A stretch of 40,758 nucleotides of DNA, from assembly GCA_964487615.1 (NCBI GenBank), contig CAZARM010000001.1, positions 98,226 to 138,983 of the forward strand, read 5' to 3'. The notes beneath the pieces were generated by a model. It had not been told where the DNA came from, did no database searches, and worked only from the letters and a program-made list of their open reading frames with translations. The position numbers were made by a program, and so were the translations under genes. Below are positions 25,816-36,687 of this stretch, piece by piece (the stretch's first letter is position 1; every line of letters begins with the position of its first letter). This DNA is from an uncultured Candidatus Saccharibacteria bacterium (GTDB lineage Bacteria; Patescibacteriota; Saccharimonadia; Saccharimonadales; CAZARM01).

Positions 25816-26049
25816 ATGAATAGCGCCAGCAGCGAGCAGCACTCACCACAGCCACTGGAACCGATTACGCAGAGAGCGGAAATCCCGATTGTGACGGCAG
25901 ACATACCCGACATATTGAACCCTTCAGCCAATATGATAACTCGTGTTATAACTGATGCTGATAGACTGCTAGCTCTTAAGCGAGGTCTGGTGCGCGGCGC
26001 TCAAAACCTGCACACCACTCCAGGTCAACGAAGTACCTTTGCTAATTAA
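25816..26049 (+). CDS. Small hypothetical protein
   Basis: SD GGGGAG before the ATG and a terminator right after the stop. Confidence 0.5.
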   Translation: MNSASSEQHSPQPLEPITQRAEIPIVTADIPDILNPSANMITRVITDADRLLALKRGLVRGAQNLHTTPGQRSTFAN

Positions 26050-26074
26050 AAGAGCCGTTTTACCGGCTCTTTTT
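26048..26074. terminator. Bidirectional intrinsic terminator
   Basis: AAAA-GAGCCG-TTTTAC-CGGCTC-TTTTT between convergent genes. Confidence 0.85.
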
Positions 26075-26178
26075 CGTGCGCGCCCACCCAGCGACAGGTG
26101 GATTTTGTTTTGGTTTTTGTTTCACACGCCGCTAGAGCGCACGATTCACTCTCAAGCATAACCTATTTGTCTGTCTTG

Positions 26179-29152
<2,974 letters not shown>

Positions 29153-29153
<1 letters not shown>

Positions 29154-30037
29154 TAGGCGTTCGACTCCATGTGCCGCAGCCGGGCAACACGTTCTTCAAT
29201 GGGCGGGTGGGTGCTAAACAGCGATGCTAGGTTCTTGCCTTTCAGGGGGCTGGCAAAGAATAGGTGGGCAGTTGAGGTGTTCTGCCGCTTTAACACGCCC
29301 CCACGGGGCCCAATCTTTTCCAGCGCACTGGCTAAGCCTTCTGGGTAGCGCGTAGTTAAGGCACCGGTAGCGTCAGCTAGAAATTCCCGTTTTCTAGAAA
29401 TAGCCAACTGAATAAGTGTGGCCGTGAGCGGCGCGAGGATTGCCCCAACCAGCCCTATAATAAACATCATGCCATTGCCACCGTTGTTATCGTCATCCCC
29501 GCCACCAAACCATAAAAACCGCATTATAGTGTCGGCAATCAGCCCAACCACGGCCACCAGTGCAAACGCTATCAATGAAACTCGAATGTCGTAGTTTTTG
29601 ACATGTCCTAATTCGTGAGCCAAAACTCCTTCCAGCTCAGTATCAGACATGATTTCCAGCAACCCACTGGTCACCGCAACTGCCGAGCGATTGGGGTTAC
29701 GACCAGTGGCAAAGGCATTGGGAGCTGGATCGTCCATGATGTAGACTTTGGGCATTGGCAGACCGTCAGTGATGGCCAGGTTTTCAACAATTCGCCAGAG
29801 CCTAGGGTTATCTCTTTTCTCAATCGCCTTGGCGCCATTGACGGCCAGCGCTAGCGATGAGCCGGTGTAGTAAGTTACCAGCACATAGGCTACTGCACCT
29901 CCCAGGATGTACAACGTTAGGTCAGAGGAGTTCAGGAAATAAGTGCTAAAGAACCAGGCCAGTACGGACACTAGTGCAATAAACACTGCTATGAGCAGGA
30001 CGGTTTTACGCTTATTGGACGCGATTTGGTTATACAT
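29153..30037 (-). CDS. htpX: M48 zinc metalloprotease HtpX
   Basis: PNAFATGR, HELGH, SRKREFLAD and STHPPIEERV motifs. Confidence 0.96.
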
Positions 30038-30042
30038 GAATT

Positions 30043-30073
30043 CGTATTGCGTAGTACGTATAACGTATTACGC
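30043..30073. repeat. Degenerate heptamer tandem repeat (CGTA-NNN)x4 at the 3' end of the four-helix-bundle gene
   Basis: CGTATTG CGTAGTA CGTATAA CGTATTA CGC. Confidence 0.8.
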
Positions 30074-30442
30074 TTTTCTCCCTGGCGCAGTTTTGATTAA
30101 TCCATTGATCATTTTGTGTAGGTTCTCAACCCTCTCTTCTATAATAAGGAGTTCTGATTGTTTTAGAAAGCCGAGATCGCAGGCAATGTAGCTATGACTA
30201 AGGGTCTCTGTCAAAGACCCCAGAGCAATACTATAAAACTGTATCTTGTCTTTAGGCCCGTTCCTGGAGAATCCTTCGGCGATGTTTGCAGCCACCGAGA
30301 CGGCTGAACGTCGTATTTGTGAAGAAAGTCCAAACTTTTCACTACTCGGAAAAGATTCCGTAGCACGATAGACATACGTACTAAGCTCTCGGGCGTATTG
30401 CCATGAGCGCAATTGAGTAAAAGAAGCAATCTTCTCTGTCAT
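30068..30442 (-). CDS. Four-helix-bundle protein (23S rRNA IVS protein-like)
   Basis: F..L..WQ.A..L...VY..T..FP..E.FGL.SQ.RRSAVSV.ANIAEG...F..IA.GSL.E pattern. Confidence 0.93.
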   Translation of the reverse strand: MTEKIASFTQLRSWQYARELSTYVYRATESFPSSEKFGLSSQIRRSAVSVAANIAEGFSRNGPKDKIQFYSIALGSLTETLSHSYIACDLGFLKQSELLIIEERVENLHKMINGLIKTAPGRKA

Positions 30443-30463
30443 CGGCTTTATACGAAATACGTC

Positions 30464-31024
30464 TTAAAAGTTTACGTCGGTTGGTTTGTTGACTGCGGCG
30501 GCTTCGGCCTCTTCAACTTCAAAAAACTCACGGACTTTAAAACCCAGCATGCCGGCAAAAATGTTGGTTGGGAACGTCTTGATCTTGATGTTCAGATCAC
30601 GTGCTGAGCCATTGTAGAAACGGCGCGATGCTTGAATCTTGTCCTCGGTATCAACCAGCTCTTCTTGCAGGTGCTTGAAGTTGTCGTTGGCTTTTAGGTC
30701 CGGATAAGCCTCGGCTACCGCGAACAAGCTCTTCAGTGCTTGTTGGAACTGATTTTCAGCATGGGCTTGCTCGGCTACGCCTTTGGCACCGATGGCATTG
30801 GCGCGGGCTTCGGTGACTTTTTCAAAAACTTCTTTCTCGTGCTTGGCATAACCCTTGACGGTATTGACCAAGTTAGGTATCAAATCGTAGCGCCGTTTGA
30901 GCTGCACAGAGATATCGCTCCACGCTTCGTCAACACGAACGTTAGCGCGGACTAAACCGTTATAGATTGCGATCAAACCGACTAGCAGGACTCCCAGAAT
31001 TACCAGAACAATTACGAGTGCCAT
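30464..31024 (-). CDS. lemA: LemA family protein
   Basis: YNGLV....V.EAWS.I.VQLKRR.DLIPNLV...E.YPDLKA...SRRFYN pattern. ATG at 31024. Confidence 0.96.
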   Translation of the reverse strand: MALVIVLVILGVLLVGLIAIYNGLVRANVRVDEAWSDISVQLKRRYDLIPNLVNTVKGYAKHEKEVFEKVTEARANAIGAKGVAEQAHAENQFQQALKSLFAVAEAYPDLKANDNFKHLQEELVDTEDKIQASRRFYNGSARDLNIKIKTFPTNIFAGMLGFKVREFFEVEEAEAAAVNKPTDVNF

Positions 31025-31079
31025 AGGACGTTTCTCCAAAGTTTATGTGTACTTATATTTTACCACAGTTAGCGCCTAC

Positions 31080-31700
31080 CTAGACGCTAAATAACCGCAC
31101 TCTGCCAAAGAACATCCGGGCTAAAATAACATGGCCATGCAGGCTCAGAAATATTATTGCTGTAGCGGCTAATAGCATTAGCCAGTCTAGCGTTTGGGCG
31201 CCCCCACCAAACACGATGGCAATTGCTGCAAAGAAGAATGGCAACAGCAGATGCAAACAGAATAACGTATAGATTACCCAAGCTAGAGACACGCCAAAGC
31301 GAAATGCCATCTCCCTCCACAACGTCCTTGAGAATGAGGCACGATCTTGATGGATCATATGCATCTGGGTGTTAATATCCCTGAGCTGCCTAGTAGCTCC
31401 CCGGGTCGCAGAAATCAAAGCGTACACCATAAGGCCCGCAAACGTCCACGACATAAAAACTACTGTCCGTCCTAATGTGTCATTGCTCAGTGCTTGGCCA
31501 ACTCTAGTCAAAACACTATCTTGGGAAGCTTGGACGAGCGATACGCTGGCGTCGTTACCTAGAAGTACACTTACTAACTGTCCCCCACGAACTTTAGTTA
31601 TTATCGCGCCCAGCAACAGAGTAAGCGTGCCAAACATGCAAAACGCAAAGCTGCCAACAGATACACTCACCACATCAGACTTCTTAATAATACTGGTCAT
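31080..31700 (-). CDS. Hypothetical membrane protein (about four TM)
   Basis: Long hydrophobic ORF co-oriented with lemA. Confidence 0.65.
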   Translation of the reverse strand: MTSIIKKSDVVSVSVGSFAFCMFGTLTLLLGAIITKVRGGQLVSVLLGNDASVSLVQASQDSVLTRVGQALSNDTLGRTVVFMSWTFAGLMVYALISATRGATRQLRDINTQMHMIHQDRASFSRTLWREMAFRFGVSLAWVIYTLFCLHLLLPFFFAAIAIVFGGGAQTLDWLMLLAATAIIFLSLHGHVILARMFFGRVRLFSV

Positions 31701-31750
31701 AATCGCTTAAGCTTCATTATGTCAGACTCCCTCCCCCCAAGTCGAGAGCC

Positions 31751-31881
31751 GGGGTCCCCACGAAGAGAGGATTCTTCGTGGGGCTAAAGCGCAAGAATTG
31801 TTGGAAGTCGCAACTCTGATCTTTGGGAGTCCCCGCGGCAAGAGGATTTGCCGTGGGGTTAAACGCAGGAATTGTCGGAGG
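31751..31881. repeat. Tandem pair of REP-like palindromic units (75-nt period)
   Basis: CCCCACGAAGA-GAGGAT-TCTTCGTGGGG (31756-31783) and CCCCGCGGCAA-GAGGAT-TTGCCGTGGGG (31831-31858). Each is followed by TAAA(G)CGCA(A/G)GAATTGT(T/C)GGA. Confidence 0.8.
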
Positions 31882-31936
31882 CTGTAAGTAAAAACGACTT
31901 CCGTCGTTTTACGGAAGCCGTAGTGCAATTACAAGC

Positions 31937-32022
31937 TGGTGCGCGGGGCGGGAATCGAACCCGCACGCCTTTTGGGCACGTGATTTTAAGTCACGACTGT
32001 CTACCAGTTCCAGCACCCGCGC
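31937..32022 (-). tRNA. tRNA-Leu(TAA)
   Basis: GCGCGGG/CCCGCGC acceptor, CGTGA-CTTAAAA-TCACG, long variable arm, TTCGATT loop and CCA. Confidence 0.96.
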
Positions 32023-32052
32023 AGATGTTGCTCCTTGGGGAGACGAAGCAAA

Positions 32053-32442
32053 TTATAACAGAGATAGGAGGGCTTTTGGGGTTTTTACTACTTTATCAAT
32101 TAGCACGTCCCGGCATGGATCACCCGTTGCAGTCGACAATGCGAAGATTGGCTTGCCCAGCGCGCAGGCATAGGCCATTTCCAGAGTCACGCTTACACCC
32201 GCGTAATCATCTTTGTTATAAACAAAGCAGACATCAGCTTTGCGCACCCAGTCAAAGTGCTCTAATGTTAGCCCCTTGAATAATTTCTTGGTGACATAGG
32301 GTGAGTGAATTAACTCTGTTTCAAAAATCGGTTCTTGAATACTAGGCTCAAATACCAATACACCCAGCTTCTCAAGCTGGTCGCAAAACTGCTTGATCTC
32401 TTTGTTATAACGCTTAGAACCACAAACAACGACTGACCTCAT
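32053..32442 (-). CDS. Nucleoside 2-deoxyribosyltransferase-like fold protein
   Basis: VVVCGS...HFDWVRKADVCFVYNKDDYAGVSVTLEMAYACALGKPIF pattern. Confidence 0.7.
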   Translation of the reverse strand: MRSVVVCGSKRYNKEIKQFCDQLEKLGVLVFEPSIQEPIFETELIHSPYVTKKLFKGLTLEHFDWVRKADVCFVYNKDDYAGVSVTLEMAYACALGKPIFALSTATGDPCRDVLIDKVVKTPKALLSLL

Positions 32443-32536
32443 ACATCTCCATTCAGTTTCAATCAACTTCTATATTTTTACCACGTTGCCAGTCCGAATC
32501 ATAGAGCTGACGACAACAGGGGAAACTGATACAATG

Positions 32537-32663
32537 AGCCTGTCCAAAATTTTAAACCAATCCGCCACGAGCGGATGTTTGAAGTTTTGAGAGGAACAAC
32601 CTAGCCACAGGCCGAAGCTTTTGCCCCTCAGGCAAAACGAGGCAGCGGCGTCAGTTGTGACGA
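32537..32663 (+). ncRNA. Structured tRNA-leader element, copy A (before tRNA-Cys)
   Basis: Follows an extended -10 (TGaTACAAT, 32527-32535). Hairpin CAAAATTTTAAAC/GTTTGAAGTTTTG, then GAGGA, a second multi-stem domain, and GACGA abutting tRNA +1. Confidence 0.6.
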
Positions 32664-32737
32664 GGCGCGTTGGCCGAGAAGTTAGGCATGGGTCTGCAAA
32701 ACCCAGTAGACGGGAGCGTTACCCGTACGCGCCTCCA
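32664..32737 (+). tRNA. tRNA-Cys(GCA) with non-canonical T-loop
   Basis: GGCGCGT/ACGCGCC acceptor, U73, CCA, TGGGT-CTGCAAA-ACCCA, and T-arm ACGGG-AGCGTTA-CCCGT. Confidence 0.9.
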
Positions 32738-32793
32738 TTGCTTTGATCCTGCTTAATACCATAGCTATTGAGATTCCCCGTGAATTACGCTAT

Positions 32794-33489
32794 CTACTGT
32801 TTTTTGCTACTTGGAGTAATTGGACTATGGGACATTCTTTGGTTTCGAGCAGCTATTGCTCGCATTCCCAGAATCTCCTCAATCAATGATTCTTCACTGT
32901 CATATGCATCTTGCACAACTCGTCCCACGTCACTAAATACGCCCAGATAAGGAGCATACGTTGCGGCGCTCTCAGGACTAGTCGCAGTACTGTCAAAAAC
33001 TCGTTCTCTTAAAACCGCGAACGTTATTCCGATCTGGCACCCCACACTATAGAGTGGGCCATCCATCGCTCCATAAATAGTTACGACTCGATTTTTAGAT
33101 CCAAGGTTACCTATCGACGCAATCGTACGCTGTGAAGGGATGATGGCTTGCGGCCCAAGCTCGACTTCATCGTGTAACAAAACTCTAGGTCCAATAGTGG
33201 AACCAGCCTGTATGGTTCTTGCATTAGTTGATTTTGAATAAACTGGGTTCGGGCATACTTGCGCCTCATGCATGATGAATACATCTGCCTCAATGCCGAC
33301 GTCTGGGCCAATCCTAACTTTGTCTCCAATTATAGATCTAGGTCCAATATGAGTGTCCGGGCCTATTAATACGTCGTCACCAACTTGCACTCCATGCGCC
33401 ACGTCTACACCTCGTCCAATAATGCAATGGGAGCCAACCTCTGCTGTGTCAGCAATACGAAGATAGAATGAACTGTCAATAACTCGCAT
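32794..33489 (-). CDS. Left-handed beta-helix (hexapeptide repeat) protein
   Basis: [IV]G.... hexapeptide repeats. C-terminal IGNLGSKNRVVTIY...SVGCQ.G domain resembles phage-type hexapeptide proteins. Confidence 0.75.
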   Translation of the reverse strand: MRVIDSSFYLRIADTAEVGSHCIIGRGVDVAHGVQVGDDVLIGPDTHIGPRSIIGDKVRIGPDVGIEADVFIMHEAQVCPNPVYSKSTNARTIQAGSTIGPRVLLHDEVELGPQAIIPSQRTIASIGNLGSKNRVVTIYGAMDGPLYSVGCQIGITFAVLRERVFDSTATSPESAATYAPYLGVFSDVGRVVQDAYDSEESLIEEILGMRAIAARNQRMSHSPITPSSKKQ

Positions 33490-33568
33490 TATATTCCTTT
33501 TATACCATTTTCTGTTGGCTGTCTCCACTTTTGTTTATAATAATACGTCCTGCAACAATGATCCCTCA

Positions 33569-33598
33569 TTGCACCAACCCCCAAACTTAAGGTATAAT
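33569..33598 (+). promoter_or_regulatory. Sigma70-type promoter
   Basis: TTGCAC-18 nt-TATAAT upstream of element copy B and tRNA-Gly. Confidence 0.6.
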
Positions 33599-33617
33599 CC
33601 CCCTCTGTTACGCTATT

Positions 33618-33730
33618 GTTCTGGCCAATTTTGTGAGAGGATTCACAAAATTGAGAGGAGGAAGCGACTAGAGGTTGGAGCAAGGGCAAATACTTTTGCA
33701 CTTACGTAAGCCGACCGTCGATTCCGACGA
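33618..33730 (+). ncRNA. Structured tRNA-leader element, copy B (before pseudo-tRNA-Gly)
   Basis: Perfect CAATTTTGTGA-GAGGAT-TCACAAAATTG hairpin. Shares AAAATTGANAGGAGGAAGCGA, TGGAGCA, CGTAAGCCGACC and GACGA with copy C. Confidence 0.7.
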
Positions 33731-33870
33731 GCAGGTGTAGCTCAGTTGTAAGAGTGAGGAGTGCCAGTGGCACCCCGCAAGGAGACTTCTCAGATTTGCG
33801 ACTTGTCGTAAGTATGAAAATCTCGGGGTCGCGGAACGTGACCTTACTTGCCAGGCCAAGGAAGCACTTG
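33731..33870 (+). pseudogene. tRNA-Gly-derived RNA with 86-nt structured insertion, no T-arm and no CCA
   Basis: 33731-33756 is 22/26 identical to the 5' end of the tRNA-Gly at 33911. 33843-33864 resembles its anticodon arm. CAGGTG can pair with CACTTG at 33865-33870. Confidence 0.65.
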
Positions 33871-33910
33871 ATAGACTGACTGAACCTTCACAATAATAAT
33901 CGATAAATAT

Positions 33911-33986
33911 GCGGGTGTAGCTCAGTTGATAGAGCGCTTCCTTGCCAAGGAAGAGGCCACGAGTTTGAGTCTCGTCACCCGCACCA
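33911..33986 (+). tRNA. tRNA-Gly(GCC)
   Basis: GCGGGTG/CACCCGC acceptor, CTTCC-TTGCCAA-GGAAG, T-arm ACGAG-TTTGAGT-CTCGT and CCA. Confidence 0.95.
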
Positions 33987-34030
33987 ATTAGACCCAAACT
34001 ATTTTGAAACAGTATAGTTTCAAACATTTA

Positions 34031-34052
34031 GAGCCTTGATGAGGCTCTTTTT
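34031..34052 (+). terminator. Intrinsic terminator after tRNA-Gly
   Basis: GAGCCT-TGATG-AGGCTC followed by TTTTT. Confidence 0.75.
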
Positions 34053-34066
34053 GTTACTATTAGACA

Positions 34067-34702
34067 ATGAGTGAATTAACACCTGAAGAGAGATTGACTA
34101 TTGCTACTTATGACCGACAGGCTGAAAACTGGTCGTCAGGTCACGGTACTGCCAACTTTTGGGGTGAAGAGATGGTTCGCTTCAAAGAACTGCTCCGTGG
34201 TGGTCGGATATTAGAAATTGGGGCTGGCGGTGGTCGTGACGCAAAGGAGCTTATTGAGGCAGGTTTTGATTATCTCGGAACTGATATTTCGACAGGATTA
34301 TTGGAACAGGCACGTAAGAATAACCCTGGCATTAGTTTTGAAGAGGTTAGCGTGTATGACTTGGACTATGAAGAACTATTTGATGGCTTTTGGTGTTCGG
34401 CAGTATTACTGCATATACCACGAAACAGGATTGATGAGGCTCTGCAAGCCATCAATAAAAACATGAAGCAAGGTGCAATTGGCTTCATCGCAGTTAAAGA
34501 AGGCGAAGGCGAAAAGCTAGAAGCAGATGATAAAAGCACTCAAGGTGACGAACGCTTTTTTGTGTATTGGACTGACGAAAACTTTTCAAAGAGTCTTGGA
34601 GCTAATGGATTTAACATAGTAGAACGTGGTTATCGCCCGATGAGCGAGCGAACAAAATGGCTAACCTACATTGTAAAAGTAGGTGATAAAAAACTAGATT
34701 AG
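34067..34702 (+). CDS. Class I SAM-dependent methyltransferase
   Basis: ILEIGAGGGRD, GTDIS and FDGFWCSAVLLHIP motifs. Confidence 0.92.
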   Translation: MSELTPEERLTIATYDRQAENWSSGHGTANFWGEEMVRFKELLRGGRILEIGAGGGRDAKELIEAGFDYLGTDISTGLLEQARKNNPGISFEEVSVYDLDYEELFDGFWCSAVLLHIPRNRIDEALQAINKNMKQGAIGFIAVKEGEGEKLEADDKSTQGDERFFVYWTDENFSKSLGANGFNIVERGYRPMSERTKWLTYIVKVGDKKLD

Positions 34703-34815
34703 CTCGCTAGACAGGTTGAATAACTTCACAAGATTTAACAGCTTAGCGTCAGCCACACTATCAATTGCGGATGTTTGTAATACGTCAACTATGCTGCACC
34801 ATTTTTATGTAACCT

Positions 34816-34842
34816 AAAAATACCTCGAACAGAGGTATTTTT
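34816..34842. terminator. Bidirectional-type intrinsic terminator
   Basis: AAAAATACCTC-GAACA-GAGGTATTTTT. Confidence 0.7.
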
Positions 34843-34856
34843 GCTATTATGATGCT

Positions 34857-35246
34857 ATGAAAACTATTCCAGAAGTCGATAAGTACATTAGCTTGCTGCC
34901 TCAGTGGCAGCAGAGTATCTGCCGAAAGGTACGTGACCTAATTCATCAAGCTGATGCAGATATTGTCGAGGAGATTAAGTTTAAGAATCGCCCTTATTTT
35001 ACGATGCAGGGAAACGTTTGCGCTTTGCTAGCTGCTAAAGACCACGTGAATGTGTTTATCTACGACCCGATTGCGCCAGACCCCTCGGGTCTTATTAATC
35101 AAGGTCATGGAAATGCTACTGCACGCTCAATACAGCTATATGAAGACGATCCAGTAGATGAAAAAGCCTTTGTTGAATTAATTAAAGCTGTAGCCGAAAA
35201 CAACCGCAAGGGTGGTTGGCGAAAACTCAAGAAAAGTTGGTCCTAA
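34857..35246 (+). CDS. DUF1801 (YdhG-like) protein
   Basis: VDKYI..LP.WQQ.IC..VR.LIH.AD....E.IK....PYF pattern. Confidence 0.85.
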   Translation: MKTIPEVDKYISLLPQWQQSICRKVRDLIHQADADIVEEIKFKNRPYFTMQGNVCALLAAKDHVNVFIYDPIAPDPSGLINQGHGNATARSIQLYEDDPVDEKAFVELIKAVAENNRKGGWRKLKKSWS

Positions 35247-35319
35247 TTTCATTGATAATGTCAGCATTTATCGGCCCAACCCCACCCAACGACCCAGAGT
35301 AAACTTTTAGGCGGTTAAT

Positions 35320-35673
35320 TTACGTTTTATTCAGCAGTTTTATGGCGCTAAAACCGATTAATGCGAGAATTGCTCCGCAGAATGTGCCCACTGAACCAAA
35401 TATGAGAAACGGCAGGATCTTTGTATTCAAGGGATTGGCTCCGTTATAGCTAGAAATCATAAACACATACGCTAGTGCAAAGCCGTATACCCCACCATCA
35501 ATGAGGGCTGCTTTTCTTGATATACTTAATATTCCTATAGAAAAACTGACTATTGCCCAAGGAATAAGTACGAGCGCAGGGCCACCTACAAAACCCATAA
35601 GACTTCCTAGCACTAGTGCCCCCAGAACAGATTTTGGGCCAGCCGATAACCTCTTGTTAGTTAAAGTAAACAT
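35320..35673 (-). CDS. Small hypothetical membrane protein (about four TM)
   Basis: Hydrophobic ORF with TATAAT 6 nt upstream of the ATG. Confidence 0.65.
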   Translation of the reverse strand: MFTLTNKRLSAGPKSVLGALVLGSLMGFVGGPALVLIPWAIVSFSIGILSISRKAALIDGGVYGFALAYVFMISSYNGANPLNTKILPFLIFGSVGTFCGAILALIGFSAIKLLNKT

Positions 35674-35925
35674 ATCGCAATTATAACGCGGTTATTTAGC
35701 GTAACTGTACTGGGGCTGCTAGATAAAGTAATACCCTTAGGGCAATGTGAACTCCTAATCGTATTAATTGTCAGCCACTAGATAACTAGTAAGTTCGCTT
35801 ACAGTTTGACTAATAGTGTTACACCAAATGAACTTTATGCGACACTTCAGTGTCCTTTTATCTTTTATAGTAGGTTTTAGTAGACTAACTGTATACTGAA
35901 GCAATCAATTCAAGAGGAGACAGAC

Positions 35926-36117
35926 ATGGTTACAGGATACTGCGTTAAATGCAAAGAAAAAGGTGTTGAATTGTCAGCACCAGAGGTTGTCCAAACTAAA
36001 AAAGGTGGTTTCATGGCCAAAGGGAAGCATGAAAAATGCGGAACAACTGTCTGTGCAATGATGTCCAAAGACACTGCTGAAAAAGCAGTAGCAGACGGCG
36101 CAACAAAAGCCTACTAG
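35926..36117 (+). CDS. Small zinc-ribbon protein (DUF5679-like)
   Basis: GYCVKCK...KG.HEKCGT.V.....K pattern, SD GAGGAG, and a terminator after the stop. Confidence 0.8.
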   Translation: MVTGYCVKCKEKGVELSAPEVVQTKKGGFMAKGKHEKCGTTVCAMMSKDTAEKAVADGATKAY

Positions 36118-36130
36118 ACTGATCAATATG

Positions 36131-36160
36131 AAAATACCCCCCAAGTAGGGGGTATTTTTT
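36131..36160 (+). terminator. Intrinsic terminator
   Basis: AAAATACCCCC...GGGGGTATTTT inverted repeat followed by T-run. Confidence 0.8.
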
Positions 36161-36208
36161 GTTTGCTAAAATAGAAATGAAACTAATTCTTACCCGGGGG
36201 AATAATCT

Positions 36209-36631
36209 ATGGCAACCATCAATCCTTACATTAACTTCAACGGCAATGCTCAAGAAGCCTTTTATTTTTATAAATCTGTTTTTGGTGGCGAATTCGGGAA
36301 GATTGTACGCTTCAAAGATCTAGAAGGCCCGGAGTTTCCTGTACCAGCAAACGAAGCAAATAAAATTATGCGTATTACGTTGCCAATTGGTGGAAATACT
36401 TTGATAGCCAATGATGTCCCTGAGAGTATGGGTCCAGTGAGTGAAAATGAAAACAGGTCCAAAATAGCGGTGGTTGCGAAAACTAAAGAGGAAGCCGACA
36501 AGCTATTCAAAGGCCTTTCCGAGGGTGGCAAAGTGGAAATGCCTATGGCTCAGAGCCCTTGGGGTACCTATTTTGCTATGTTCAGAGATAAATTCGGTAT
36601 TGAGTGGACGGTAGAATTCGACCCGAACTAG
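36209..36631 (+). CDS. VOC protein, PhnB-like
   Basis: INPYINFNGNA.EAF.FY.SVFGG...PWG.YF.M.RDKFGIEW pattern. Confidence 0.92.
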   Translation: MATINPYINFNGNAQEAFYFYKSVFGGEFGKIVRFKDLEGPEFPVPANEANKIMRITLPIGGNTLIANDVPESMGPVSENENRSKIAVVAKTKEEADKLFKGLSEGGKVEMPMAQSPWGTYFAMFRDKFGIEWTVEFDPN

Positions 36632-36687
36632 ACAGAACCCACTTGGTCACTTCTGCTAACTTTCTGCTTATGCCATAATACTGTCCT

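Noticed and set aside
30068-30442. Diversity-generating retroelement (Avd-like protein) or rRNA intervening sequence
   Set aside because: No reverse transcriptase, no TR/VR repeat pair and no rRNA in the window.
31751-31881. CRISPR array
   Set aside because: Only two degenerate units, no unique spacers between identical repeats, and no cas genes.
33757-33842. Group I/II intron or tmRNA interrupting tRNA-Gly
   Set aside because: The insert is only 86 nt, shows no recognisable intron core or tag ORF, and there is no downstream T-arm/CCA half to splice to.
31722-34027. ORFs 31722-31928, 31872-32279, 33489-33701, 33515-33709 and 33668-34027
   Set aside because: They overlap tRNAs or structured non-coding elements and have no protein-like features.
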